A DNA stretch of 56,306 nucleotides, filler included, from Trypethelium eluteriae (GCA_051942245.1; 4 parts of 4 records of this genome joined end to end with filler, not necessarily neighbours in it); one strand, 5' to 3'. Shown: positions 24,692 to 38,330, numbered from the whole stretch's first letter. Program-made: numbers and translations. The notes: generated from the letters alone by a model not told the origin.

Positions 24692-26585
24692 ATGCTGCTC
24701 GGTAGTCCAAGGTCGACGCAAAAGGCGCAATTTGCTGTTTTATCATGCTGTCTCATCGTTGCTTTCTTCTTTCTCATGGTATTGAGCATGGGTACTTTTC
24801 AATCGTGGGATTATGAGCGCATGTACACCCTATCTTCATGGCAAAAGTCGCGCTACAATAATGGCGACTGGAAAGATCGAATAAACGGTGACAGATTAGC
24901 GACAATGTCTCCCCAAGACAGCAGCGTTGTTTCGATGATCAAGGGATCCTCCGCTATTGGCACAGCATCGACCTGTGCTTGCACGCCCTCCGCAACCCTT
25001 GCCGGTGCACTTCCTCCGTTGCGGGATGAGCTTGCATCGAACAGTCAAGATAGTTCAAAGCATCGCGTGCCAGGTAGCCATTCGACCGGCTTGCACTCTT
25101 CAAATACTCACGTCAGCGGTCAGTCGGAGTGGAAATTTGACCCAGCGCGAGATAGCTTCGACTACAGTCTCTCCGACTCGCAATGCGACAATGCTTTCCC
25201 CGATTATTACGCGGAGATCGATCGAGCGGCCATGTATTACAAGGATAGAGGCATCTCTGAGGATGACATGAACATAACAGAAAGAGGAAATGTTGTCCGA
25301 GCAATGATTTATGATCATCAACTTTACATCATGCAGACTCATATTACCGTTGAGCCTGGCATTTTCGATCTTCCCCGCATGATGGCCATCCTGGGCTCCA
25401 TTCACCGAGTCATCGTTGCTCACCAGGGTCCCATCCCTAATGTTGAGTTTGTGTTCTCTCTTGCTGATGCTGAATGGAATCCCGCGCCGTTTTGGACACT
25501 CTGCCGTGCTCCGGAAGATGAATCTCACTGGGTGATGCCTGACTTTGGTTATTGGGCATGGGATAATAAAATTGTCGGTTCCTATCAGCAGTTCGTGCGA
25601 GAACTGGAGGACAAGTCGGACTTCTCAAAAAAGAAGCAGCTAGCATTCTGGAGAGGCTCCGATTCAAATGAAGAGAGGCACGACCTTCTCAGAGCTGCCG
25701 AAGGACACGAATGGGCAGATATAGAGGCCATCATCTGGGGTCGTCCAGGGAACTTCACTCGTATGGTCGACCATTGCGACTACCAATATCTGGTCCAGAC
25801 CGAAGGTACGTACTTAAAACATTCCTTCGTTGTAGTCACTTTCTGCGAACTCGTATTCTTGCTCGGATACATTTCCCTTATGCCGCGTTATACGTACAAA
25901 GCGTACAGCAGGCTTGTTTCCCACACTGTGCACCATGTCTCTTACAGTGATCCGGTTCAAGCGACAACATCCAAACACCCAATAAAGTTTCGAATTTCTC
26001 TTCAAAAAGAAGAATTCTGTCCTGTCTATTTCTAGAGTACAAGCGCTAAGTCACATTCCATCTATAGGAAATAGCTACTCCGGCCGTCTTAAATACATCC
26101 TCAACTGCGCCTCGGTAGTCCTCATGCGACGTCCATACTGGATTGAAACTTTTACCCACCTTCTGCAGTCATCTGGCCCTGACCAAAACGTCATCGAACT
26201 TGATGGCTTCGTCACGCTGCCGGACGTCATGTCACACCACCTCTCACACCCTGAGGATTCGGAGAATATTGCCCGCAACGCGAAAGAGCTACTCAAAGAG
26301 CGCTATTTGACACCCGCGGCGCAGGCATGCTATTGGCGTAAAATGTTTGAGAAATGGGCAAAGGTACAGAGCTGGGAGCCTAAGCCATGGACAGTGGAGC
26401 AAAAGAGCGAGGGAGAAGGGAAGGACCAGAAGGTGTGGGAGGAGAAGGTCTGGAATGGGGTTACGTGGGAGCTGTTCATGTGAGTCTCAACCTTTCAGGA
26501 TCGGCTGTTGAGCCATACTTCACCGAGACAAGGCTAATACATGACGAACAGGTTGACGGCTTACAACTCGCAAGGCAAGGTGTAG
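24692..26585 (+). CDS. Glycosyltransferase family 90 (CAP10/O-glucosyltransferase-like), type II membrane protein; exons 24692-25805, 26068-26479, 26552-26585
   Basis: N-terminal TM anchor, S-rich stem, and motifs PNVEFVFS, WVMPDFGYWAW, AFWRG, HCDYQYLVQTEG|NSYSGRLKYILNCASV and RYLTPAAQACYW. Confidence 0.88.
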
Positions 26586-27318
26586 AGGTCCCGGGAATTG
26601 TGATGAAGTGATCCGATTATGGATACAGACGAAGCGCTGTACTGGCAGCCTGACATCCCAACGTCACAAGACATGGAGAAGATACCCGCGCCAAAAATTG
26701 CCGGTGCACAGCCTTAGATTTGGATGTCTGACCAGGAAATCAAATGTCCAAGGGCTGTTGCATGCCTGGAATACCGGTAAGCGTCTTCCGGTGTCGCGGA
26801 GACGCGCGGAGGAATAACGTGGCCTTAGCCCGTCCAGTATGAGTGGCGAGGTATGATACCAGACTTCGATTGATAGCGTTAAAGCGTAAGCGTTAGTCGA
26901 CTACGGGCACTTTTGTCCCTTTTCTATGTAGAATTATATTGTACATTACCTTATCATCAACAATCTGCTATGCAACCGTCGACCGCTATGTCTATTTCAT
27001 TATCTTCAACTTTAGCAGAATGGGCTACTACTCCTGCAATAAGGTTAGACAGCGAATGCGAAATGCACAGAGAATATCTTCGTGAGGCAGATCTAAATAA
27101 AGAAAAAGGCTGTCTCTGATTGGTCATTAATTAGGTCCTCTCTTCCATTTGGCCAACACCAACCATAGCCTTGAGTTAGCACTCCAGCTGGCCGAACCAG
27201 ATTTCTCTAAATCCTTCTTGATCCATCAGTGTTTGAGCGAACAATTTCTTCAATGCATGAGTTTTGCGGCTGCCCTGTGTCACCTTAGGACGCTTCGTAA
27301 TCCTCCACCCTCTGTGCC

Positions 27319-28193
27319 ATGGTTACACCATATGTGATCGGCGTTTTCCTCGTCTTACTGATCTTGTACCTATGGCACGTGAACAACGGTCTTAAGCACG
27401 TTCCGGAGGAAGCTCGAAAGTTGTCTGCTCCTGAGTGGACTGATGAACAAATCCGCAGGACCTATAGACAGGTATGTGAAAACCCCATTGACTTTACAGC
27501 GCACCTTCCACCAGCACTGCAACGGCGTTATGTTGTGGTTGGTGGATCTGGTCTCGTCGGTGGCTTCATCGTTCTTCATCTACTGGCTCGGGGCCAGCCA
27601 CCCGAAAGCATTCGCATTGTCGACTTCCGAAAGCCGGTTCGAACAGACTTGGGCAGGGGGAATGCTAAAGATGTGCAATTTGCTCAAGCAGACATCACGT
27701 CTATCGAATCTACCACTGCGGCATTCGAAAAGCCATGGCCTTCCAAGGTCGCGTCATTGCCTCTGACCGTCTTTCACACTGCAGCTGCAATTCGGCCAGG
27801 CGAGCGCAGTATATCGCTCATCAATCGAGTGTCCAAGGTCAACGTGACTGGGACTGAGAATGTAATGTCGGCAGCAAAGAAGGTCGGGGCGGATATCTTG
27901 GTAGCGACATCTTCTGGATCTATTTCAATCCGTCCTGTCAATTTCTGGATACCGCCATGGAAGAAGATGCCCGACAACTATGTCCAAGTCTTCAAGGATC
28001 CCGATCAGGACCAGAATATCCGACCTCATGGCGCCTACTTCGCCAACTATGCCATGACGAAAGCCCAAGCAGAAGACTTGGTGCTGAAAGCCAACGAACC
28101 CTCATTCCGAACAGGCGTCATACGACCCGCTTGCCAAGTTTACGGTAACCGGCACGACCTCTGTATAAGCTTCCACATGGACCGCGGAAAGAT
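27319..28193 (+). CDS. 3-beta-hydroxysteroid dehydrogenase / NAD-dependent epimerase (extended SDR), truncated by contig end
   Basis: N-terminal TM; Rossmann motif VVGGSGLVG; VFHTAA; TSSGS; catalytic YxxxK (YAMTK); IRPACQVYG. Confidence 0.88.
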
Positions 28194-28293
28194 NNNNNNN
28201 NNNNNNNNNNNNNNNNNNNNNNNNNNNNNNNNNNNNNTTAATTAATTAANNNNNNNNNNNNNNNNNNNNNNNNNNNNNNNNNNNNNNNNNNNN
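28194..28293. other. Artificial contig-join spacer
   Basis: 44 N + TTAATTAATTAA + 44 N. Confidence 0.98.
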
Positions 28294-30436
28294 GGGGATG
28301 GGGATGGGGATGTATGTACCACTGTTGGACTGGGAGTAGGCAAGGGCGACGAGGCAAGCCCCGGCAAATAGGTTTGATGGAAGGTTAGGCATCATGAGGC
28401 TGAGAGGTTCTATTCTTGAGATTTCTGAATGCGAGCAGAGCGATTATAAAATGCTGCTGTTGCTGCGCCAGGCTCGAGGATGGCAAGACGGAGATGACGC
28501 GTCTCGGTGATGGCAGTGTCCATACATGATCGACCGAGCAAAGTGGGCGTCGACGATAATATGTGCATGATCAAAGAAATCTTGCAGCAGCACTGAAAGG
28601 CGACGCGTGTTTGAGGTTTTCGGCTTGCAGCCAATCGATAAGGTACGAAGTTGCAGATCCGAGGCAGTGGAGGGGTACCCATGCACTCCAGCAGTCTCCA
28701 GGCTGGTTGCGCGCTCCTGATATAATCCCAAAACTTCACTATAATGAAGGCGCAACAAATTCCGATTGGTCTAATCTCCGTTTCCTTTCCAAAGTGACGT
28801 AAAAACCTTGGATGTCGTGGCTTTGGAGTACTTGGTATATCCTGGTAAACGCCTTACCAGCTTTTGGGTCGAGGCTTGAATTTTTGGTACAAAAATCGGC
28901 CTTCGTCCATACGAAGCGAGAAGAATCGACCCCTTTTCGCTCTTTTGATAGGAATAACTCAACACCCACTTATTTGGCAAGACTCATAATGCGAAGCCAT
29001 ACTTTAGAAGGCTACTGCTTTTAAAGGAAACTAATATTATGTTGGAATTCAAAAAAAAAAAAAGTTTTGTCATAAAAATCGCAAAAATATGTCTTAAAAA
29101 GTTGTAAAAAATCAGACAAAAGGTTGGCAGAACTTAGATTTTGTATAAGACCTTAGCTTCCAACCCATTTTTCTTAATAAAAACCTCATATTTTCAAAAC
29201 TTTTACTAGCGCCAAAATCTCATAGGTATCAGCTATCATATACCGTATCAAGCGCCTGATCATCAGTTCTATGCGTTGAGTTATTCATGATGCAACTTGA
29301 ATTCGAGCCATTTGGTCGAAGTCGCGACTTCGAGGAAGAAGCGACGATCTAATCACGTGATTGCGCTCGATCTTAAAGTATGCTCTCACAACATCTTGCA
29401 ATGCTCTTTAGCTTCAGATATAGCCGCTTTCGCTGAATTGAGTATTGTCGGAGCAGTTGGCGTTCTTAGAGAGGTCTTTGATGCCCACATGAACGGGTAT
29501 CGTATCTTCACTGCTGCGGTGAATCCAGGACGAGGTAGTGAGCGAATGGTGTGTAAAACCCGCATTGAAGAAGCTATAGTCAATCATTAATTTACAGTCC
29601 TATTTGGAAAATCCATACTCCATACGCATGTGATACAGCGGTTCCGTTTGGCTACCCGAGCAATCGATCAGCGAATCAGCAGGAAAGGAGATGGGGGAGC
29701 AGTATCGCCGATTGACGAATGTGCCACTTCTGCAACATAGAATTGCCAAATCCAGAAGAATATCCTAAATAGAGTTTTCTGGGACACTGCAATTACGAAA
29801 GTGGCGATATCTTCCATTTTACTGTGGCTATATTGAGAGCACCACCTCCTCTTTGCAATAAGGAACGACATATCCAATGCTAATCGTATTCATGCAAAGA
29901 AATGTGAACGTGTCTTGGACTAAGGACCCTGGCTAACAGACTTCTCGTTGCTCCCATCAGGTCGAGTATTATGTAAAAGAAGCAACCCCACCACCATCGA
30001 AGCTCTATAGAATTTGGGTAGCGGACCACGGCAAACAGGGAAAAGAAAATGACAAGTGGCTGGTATCTTAGAAAGTAAGTGAAAATGAAAGAAAGAAGAC
30101 GCCTTGGCAAGTTTTTAGCAGGCATCAGATTAGGTTTCGTACGTGTGGTTGCAGCAAGAGACGTAGATGGTCATGGCAATTTAGGCTGCAAAAAGTTGAT
30201 GAGAATCATGCAACGACACAAGAACACAGATTTGGCTACGAGCAAGATGCCCAACCGAAAAGATCAAGCCAAAAGGAAAGAGAGAGCCTCAAAAAAACGA
30301 GAACGCTGCATCAAAGGGGGGTATTGCGGTTAAACAGAAGACTTCAAGTGAATACACTAGGGGAAAGGATCAGTCAGCTCACGGTTCTAGAGGATCGTGG
30401 AACAGCAAACACTCACAAGGAAAGATATCCCATGTC

Positions 30437-33400
30437 TCAACGACCCGTCTGAATGTTGCCTTGCGAGTCCATATTCCCAGTCAGCTCAGCAACCCGCGCC
30501 TTAATTCTCGCGACGCGTGATTCAATTGCTAGAAAAGGAACCTCATTAGCCATACCTTCAACAACCGATGGATGAATTCTGCTAAAGGGGTAACACTCAC
30601 TCTCTTCCCCACTCGTCTCTCCATCATCCGTCCTCGCCGCACTCTGGCTCGGCCGTGACGCCTCCTCACTCTGCTTCTGCTGCCGCTCCGCCGCATTCTT
30701 CCGAATCTGCGCCCACCGATCTCCAACCGGCGCCGCCGGCGCCTGCGGCTGCTCCATCGACGCCTCCGACACATCGTCGTTCTCGACGTCCGAGTCGTAG
30801 TGCTGCTGCTCCCGTCGCGGCGGCATGTTCTCTTGTCTCTGTCCCTGTCTCTGTCCCATGGGCATCGCCATGCCAACGGGCCGACGGTGCGAGGTTGGCG
30901 ATGGCGACGACGGCGCGTCGGACGCTTCCCCCTCGTCGAAGGACTCGCGGGGTGCAAACGCAGGTTGGTCGTCCAGAGGACCTTGGTCGAAGCGGGAGAA
31001 CTCGTGCTCGGCGTCTTGCTGTTCGTCCTCGGCGTCGTGGCGGCCGAAGCGGTGGTGGGGAGCGTCGAAGGCGTCGGCAGCTGGGGCTTCGGGTTCGTGG
31101 TCGGAGTAAGAAGTGCGCTGGCGGGTATTGTGTCCGTACGCAGCGGGGGCGTCGTGGGGTGAGGAGACGCCGGAGTCCTGCTGCTCAAGGGGCTTCTGTT
31201 GGTAGGCTGGGTGTTCGCGCTCGGGAGCTTCCGATTCGACAGGTTCGAGGGGCGTAAAGCCTTGAGGAACGTCCTGTGGCTGTTTCTTCTTGCCAAACAA
31301 CTTGCGCAGCCCGCCTTTTTCTTTCTTCTTGAGCTTATTGGGAGATTCCTTCGGTGGTCGTTTGGCCGTCTCAGGACTGGTTCGTTTCCCGTTTTCTGTT
31401 GCTCTTCTTGCCGCAATCTTGGCGTGGTCACCTGCAGGACTTAGAGGGGCAGCAGCGGTAGGAGATTTTTGTTGTCGGAAAGCGGGGTGCTGCTCAGAAG
31501 GGTGTGCTTCACTCAGTCCTGCGGCTGCACTGGTATCTCGAATCGGCTTCCTCTTCTCATCAACTAGTGCAGTGGCTGGATCCGAAGCTGATGTGTCTAC
31601 TGGCTCATCCTTTTGAACCGGGGGCGGCGGAGGAGCGGATTCTGGGGCTGTATCTTTTTCTGGTGGTACAGGCGGCTTCGCCGCCATCGCTTCGAGTGCC
31701 ATTATAGAAGCTGTTTCGGGGGTCCTAGACCCAGAGCGACCTCCTGAGAAAGCGGAACCATTCGGGGACTGGAAGTTCCGTGGGATGCCCTTACCAGCAA
31801 AAGTGTCACCGAGGTACTGTGCCCTTATCCGATCTCTGTCGAACTCTTTGGCCCATTTCATAGCAGGTGCGGCCTCACTCACGATAACAGGCTGCAGTGT
31901 AAGTACACTGTTGGTTTTGGTTGATTGAGCATCATCAATGCGTCCGCGGCGTTGATTCTCCTGTTCGTATTCCTGGGCACGTTTTTCTTCCGCCAGCGCT
32001 GCAGCAGCAGCCTGGATTTTGGCGTGTTGACTTGGTGCAAGACTAACTTTGCTATTAGGAGTGGTATTTGCATGTCGGTAAGTAGCATCCTTTGGCGGCA
32101 GTTCGGGAATCTTCTTCTTGCGGTCTGTCTTGGTGCGTCCTAGCTTTCCGCGCCTTGAAAATCCAAAACGGCTCTTTTTCTCAGCAATATAGGCACCTTC
32201 CTCTGGTCCAGGAGACGCGCCTTTCACTTGCTCTTCCATCACCAACCACCTAGCGCCACCCAGGTTGGTTTCAACCAAAGCACAGCGCCCAAATATACCC
32301 TTGCGAGCATCAGGCTCTTCGCCAGCCAAGCTTGTCATCCAAACCCACCAGAAAGTCTCGTCGAAGTCGAAATGCGTGATGCTTGCGAGCTCTCCAGGTT
32401 CAAGCGAGTCCTCATTATGGCGAACATGAGATTGTGAACTCTGAGCACGAGCACCGTTGATCGGGGGAAGTTGTTTATCCGGTGGCAAAAGCATAGTAGG
32501 CCCGTTCCGTTGGGCTCCGTCTTCGGCGAAACCACTAGATAGGAAATCTGCCCAGGATGGGGTCGTTGGGCGTCCACCCAGGCCATGTGGGCGTGAAGCT
32601 GGAGTTGTCCGCAACCCTCCTCTCTGGGGGCCGTCGACACTCCTAGTATCTTGAAGATCATCATTAAGCGCCGAAGAGAATCCTAGATCCTCAAATCGAG
32701 ACCAAGATGCGTCCGAGCGTTTTAATGAAGCGTTTTCGGCACCATTCGAACCGGACTGGTTGATCGAAGAAATGGCTTGGAGGACCCGACGACACTCAGG
32801 TGTCAGTGCTTGCACGGGATCCTCATATTCAGACCATTGCTGTAATGCAAGATCATCGGCTCGATACTCAAAATGGGTTGCTCTGCGCAGAAGCGCAAAG
32901 GGTGTGGAGGATACCGTCTCAACAATCATGACCACTTTGGTGGTTGTCGTTTGCATGAGTGTCGGCGTCTCTGGTGGATATTCCGTCTGTTGTACGAGAG
33001 CCTGCAAAGATCGCGGCAAAGCTGAGATTCCGCTGATGCCTGTAGTAGAGTCCGGTGAGAGTGATCGTAAATAAGCAAAGAATAGATGGCTTGTAGCATC
33101 AGCGGCCCTAATCATGTTAGCCCGAGATTTCCGCAAAAGAGAAGAGGCTCGTACTTTGCCCAATTTTTATATCCGCCTTCAAATCCTTTGCCGTCGTCTG
33201 AGTATTCAAAAGCCCACCATCCAGCCAATCGTGACAATTTTCGTCCTCCAAGGCCATTTGTTTTGCCTCGTGCCGCAACAGCGGCGAGAAGATCGAAAAA
33301 GTCAAAAATAATTTCCTTGCGGTGGTCTGAGTCTACTGCAAGTGGCAGGAAGGTTTTAAAAGAATATCGCGCCATGCCAGAATCTGCAAAAATTAGACTT

Positions 33401-33990
33401 AATTCTCGAATCTTGAACAGAGGTATTTTTCTGACCTTGTTCGCCAATTCGGAAAAGTTCGTAGACGTCCCAGGTAACGACGCCACCCGCTAATCTACTC
33501 CAACACCATTTTATGATGCTGCATAACACCTGCGCAAGTTAGGAAATATTCTGCTTTATCTTCTCGATGGTAGCGTACCATTGGTTCTGTTAAGCGCATT
33601 TCCTGCCGCAGTGCCTCGCCTCGGTAATACCCAGTCCCATCAAAGAGCGACTTGAAAAAATTTCGTATGAAGATTTTTGCGGAGCTAGGGTCGGAATCTG
33701 GTCTGAATGGGAGAAGCAGGAAGGGCATGTCGAGCGCTGGACTAGTGTTAGACCTGGACGTGAACAATGGCAGAGATACAGAGCGTACCCCTCGACTTGG
33801 CTTCTTGAATACAGACATGTAGAAGTTCGTAAACTTCATGCGGCTCTACCGTTCTCATCGTCCAGGCGTCGTCTCCCCATCGCGGCTTCGAAGGCGCAAT
33901 CGGTCCTCCATTGGCATTATCTAGGGTCTTGTGGCCTTTGGATGCGGCACTGCCGTCCTTGCCCTTGAAGACCCTTGAAAAAAAGGGCAT
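30437..33990 (-). CDS. msb1: Msb1/Mug8-like (DUF1708) morphogenesis-related protein, multi-exon
   Basis: MPFFSRVFKGKDG...WGDDAW...EAKSR|ALDMPFLLLPFRP, KTNGLGGRKLSRLAGWWAF, RPTTPSWADFLSSGF, FWWVWMTSLAGEE and a C-terminal IESRVARIKARVAELTG; several short introns (e.g. 33788-33737). Confidence 0.8.
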
Positions 33991-35348
33991 CTCCGGGTGA
34001 CTTTGAAGTTAATGCGGTAAAGGAATTATTGGGTTGGTATAATCATTAGACGGAGGAAATCCGGGCCGGAATGCGGATAAGGAGTGGACAATAGTTGGTG
34101 AAAGTGATTTGGAAAAACATGTGTCTGCGAGCAGATCGCTTGATAGATCGACGTCGGGTCAGTCGAGGGGCGAGGGGGCGGCAGATGCTGGTGTAGCTTC
34201 GATAATAGGGGAGGTAGAAGAACTACGGCGCGTTTCGCCTAGGATTTTGCCGTGGGCGGTGAATGAAATGAGAAAGCAGACAGTGGCTAGACTGGAGATG
34301 GACAAGAATGGCTTGGGTGTGAAGTAAGGAGAGACTGTGGTTGAGGAATAGCTTGTAAAAGGGTGTGAATCAGGGTACGTGGGTACTGATGAAACGAGGT
34401 CGCGTTCGGCGAATGAAGAGCGTGTCTAGGAACTTGCACGACTCCCGACCACATCACTGCGCAGACTACGCAGACTACGCCGGCTACGCAGCCCAGCGGA
34501 TAAACCTTCCGTCAAATCCTGGCCCTGGTTGCCATCCCCGTCCACGCCACTAGGTTCTGCTTGTCCACGTACCTCATACAAACCTGCACGCTGTCAGGGC
34601 AATCGTGTAGCGACGTGCAGAACTAGCCTTTACCCTCTAAAGAAGGCCAGAGTACCACCCAGTACTTGACGCCGTCCTGAGCGCATGAGACTGCATCTTC
34701 GATGCTGATTGAACACCGGCCGTACAATTCTGTTACCAATCCTACCAGGTTCCAACTGCAAGGCCGTTAATGCACGATCCTAGGAAGGTGATACTGCAAT
34801 CAAAGCCGAGACTTGGATTGTGCCTCCTCCATCGCTTTAGACCTCCATCCCACTGCTCAGGAGGCGATATTCTCATCACTAATCTGACTGATATGGGATC
34901 TAGTGGGAGCCAAGACACCGACTAATGCCACTAGCTAACCTTCTTACGGTCGCCAAAGTATCAAAGCTTGTTTTTGCCCCCTTTGCTTGCGGCTTTCGGC
35001 CAGTCAAGCCTGTCTGAACGTCACTTTCGTATCTTATTTGACATTCGATAGTCGCTGATACTCTTTGAACAAAGGACTCGTCGCCACCATTCTTGGTTTT
35101 GCTACTAATCGGGTATGAAATAGTTCTGTCCTCCGATTTGACCTCTTCCAATCACGTCCACCCAATGATGGGCACAGGGACGTCGACACGTGACAGCGCG
35201 CCGCGTTTGTCCTTCAGTGACGTAGTACATTCCTCAGTGGCTTCCATTATTCTTTTTAAATAAGTTTCGTTTCCGTGCATTTCTTTTTTGCTTCACAATC
35301 ATTTCAATTTACTCTTTTTCGCAATTGATTTCCGTATCAACCGGCAAA

Positions 35349-35822
35349 ATGGTTAAGGATAATGAGACAGTCGTCACGTGAGCCTGGGAGGGACCCAAAA
35401 AACATCAATACGGGAGCAGTAGAACTAATCGATAAATCTAGCGAATTCAATGAAATCGTCAACATGTCTGCCAAGGAGCTCCAGGACTGGCTTGGACAAG
35501 AGGAGTCCGCTGGTTCTGGATGGAGCAAAGATGACGGATCAGGAGAGACAGTTGGTCACGAAAGGTATGCTATTGCACAAATTCGCGAGAAAAAGACGGG
35601 CTGGGGCTAAACTGAGGAAGCGGTCGCAAAATCATCGCGATACTCGAGAACAACCCGAACAAGGATCCCGAGAAATACGAGCAGGAAGATATTGATCACA
35701 TGCGGAAGGTGGTGGCATACTGCAAGCGCCATTTAGCGCAGGAACAATCAGCGAAGCAGAATCCTGACTCTAAATCAGCTAAAAGTTTAAAGAACTGGGG
35801 TCACGACCCGCAGAAGTCGTAG
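35349..35822 (+). CDS. DUF3140 family small protein; exons 35349-35377, 35442-35564, 35621-35822
   Basis: Spliced product MVKDNETVVTEFNEIVNMSAKELQDWL...GETVGHESGRKIIAIL...DIDHMRKVVAYCKRHLAQ...SLKNWGHDPQKS carries the family motifs VNM, GHESGR and SLKNWGHDP. Confidence 0.88.
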
Positions 35823-36639
35823 CGATGGTAGGGGCTGGGTGGAAACAGAGGTTCCACATCGAATTCATAGGTAACGACTGAATACAAGAGTCGAAACAGG
35901 CAGCACTTCTCGTTACCTTGAAACAAACACCCAGAGCAATCCCAACTCTCATCCCCTTGTCTCCGACATTATCCGCCATTTCTCCCTCAAGCTCCCTCCA
36001 ATGACGCCCATTTTCGCAGTGAGACTTAAAGATTCACTGGCCTAAGTGCACGAAGTTCCTAGTGTTCCAGCTCCCGGTATATACTGCCTCATCAATCTGC
36101 CCATTATCCATATCGGGCGTGTGCCTCACGCACAGGGTCAGCCAGCTGGCCACGTTCAATGCATACAACCACGATTGATTTTGCGCCGGCGTGATCTACA
36201 GGTCGTTCAGTCCGCCATGGGACCAAATGTTTCCGGAATTGGTGCACAGCTCCTGCAGGTATCCCCTGAGAAAGATATAATAGATGCGGATGCTAGTAGA
36301 CAGTGTATTGGTATCAATTGTCAGAGACTTCGAATGGATTGTGGTCAGACGAGATGGAAAAGGTACTGATGGAATCTTTGGACAGAGGAAGCGAGTTTTA
36401 AGACGGGCGCACAGGAAGACGGGCCTGAAATCGAAGCTAAGAGCTGCGAAGGTGTTGCCAGATCTGACGTTGCTGGCTGCAGTGAGCTGGCGCTCAACGA
36501 ACGCGAAGCCGTTCGAAGGGTTTCCACTAAGAATGACCTCGTGATTGGAGTGATCGAGGCTGGCAAAGTAGGCTCGGCCTTCACCGCTGGAGAGGGTGAT
36601 GGTGGAGAGGGAGGCGCTTGAGATATGAACGGAAGACAT
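35779..36639 (-). pseudogene. Possible pseudogene: one reading frame interrupted by two stops
   Basis: ORFs 36196-36639 and 35779-35979 share a frame. The frame is broken only by TAG (36196-36198) and TGA (36034-36036). No recognisable domain. Confidence 0.35.
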
Positions 36640-38330
36640 GTCTGGGTATGAGACCTGACTGTAGGTCAGAGAATCTCAGTAACGGTTCTCGAATTTTATG
36701 CCAAGCCATTAAGCAAATGTGTTACAGCCGACTGCAGAAGCTACTGTATCGTAGAGGTGCTTCAAGGTGCTACGATCGCTTTTTTCTTTTTCCTTTTTTT
36801 TAGCCTTTACTGGAGAGCCCATCACTACAGCCCACTGAACGTTGCAGGCATTTTGCGTCGATCCTCGGGAAATGGTGGCGGTAACAACAACTCAAGGTAG
36901 ATAGAAGCAGCAGGGACTAAAATAGGTATCAAACAGGATTATTGATCATTGAAACTTGCCAAACAAGGCTAAAGTTGTAGAAACCTCCTCCGAATAGCTG
37001 TTATGGATCAAACGCAAATTCTCAACAATAATGAAGTCAAGGTAGAGTAGGTCCGTTGGAAATGCTGGTGCTCTGCAAATTTTTTATATACGGTGTATCG
37101 TATCCTGTCTCAAATGACAGCGTCTACTTTGCTCTGCAACTTTGCTTGACGCTGTCAAATTAAGCGACAAAATCATGAGACTAATACTTATCAGTAGGTT
37201 TGCGATAAGTGAGGCATCTTTGACAGTTGTTGTAGAAATTTTTCTAAGATTTGCGTCAATTTATGGAGGACGGAGACCTTTCGAAGATTTGAGAAACAGG
37301 CGAGCAAGATACGAGGATAAGGAAATGCGCTAACAACTCCAACACTCCGCAAGAACCCCTTTCAGGATTCAACCCTCATGATGAGGACTGAGGCCTGGAT
37401 CTCGCTTGATACCTTGCAAATCTGGTGGACAAGAGGGTTCGTGCTCTGATGCGGATGATATAATTACGGGATGATCGACATCCCCACCAGGCACCCTGAC
37501 CTTGTATCTAAAAATGGATCACTACCTACCTTAGGGCTTCAGCCCGAGAGGATTGCCTGTGCGTCTATTACCGCATCCCCCGAAGCATCGATCATACGAC
37601 GTCTCTCATTCGCCTGAAATCCTTTAGCAGTTCTCGCTTGCTGTATAAGATCTTGTCAAAGCAGATTGCCCGGCGCGTAATGACAACGTGCATTACCGTT
37701 GCAGCCAGCTAGATGCACACTGATGCGGTCGGTGAAAAGCATCAAGCAATGCCAACCAATACACGTCGCTGAACTAACTTGCAAGAAAAGCACGACGGTG
37801 TTTGCCACATACGTTGACGTCTTCACGCGCGTCTAAATAGAGTAAAAAGGCAATTGCTATCTATTTTTGATTCGTGCGCAGTGAGGCACCGAGCATGCTA
37901 GCAGGCGAAATTCAGCATCTACTACCATTAAGCATATCTCTATTGGAAAGATCGGACTTTTACGTCAACGGCCGGGATAAGGCATAATCTGCATTCGTCG
38001 TTACGTCTAGATTGCATGGTTTTTGCCAACATCTATGAGTTCATCGTATGGTGGTATGATCGGGAGAGATGCCAACCTCCACAGGGCTCAACGGCCATGG
38101 GCCGCGAATTGAGCCGTTCGAAAAGGGGCGTTCACACCGCTTACGTATTGACGAATAGCGCGCCAGTGCAGCTCCAGTGCTTCACCTCTATTAGGGACGA
38201 TCGAAGAAGTTAGAAGCTTGAAAGAATCCTTGATATTACTCGGGGTTGAAAGAATGCACAGAGCGTGAATGTAGGCGGTCGGTGATCGGAGAATTATGAA
38301 TCTGGGTAGCCGAGACCGCAGGATCGTGTG

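Noticed and set aside
11335..28193. Laccase + PTH11-like + GT90 + SDR as a secondary-metabolite or surface-modification cluster
   Set aside because: The laccase is on a different contig, there is no backbone synthase, and the remaining genes are widely spaced.
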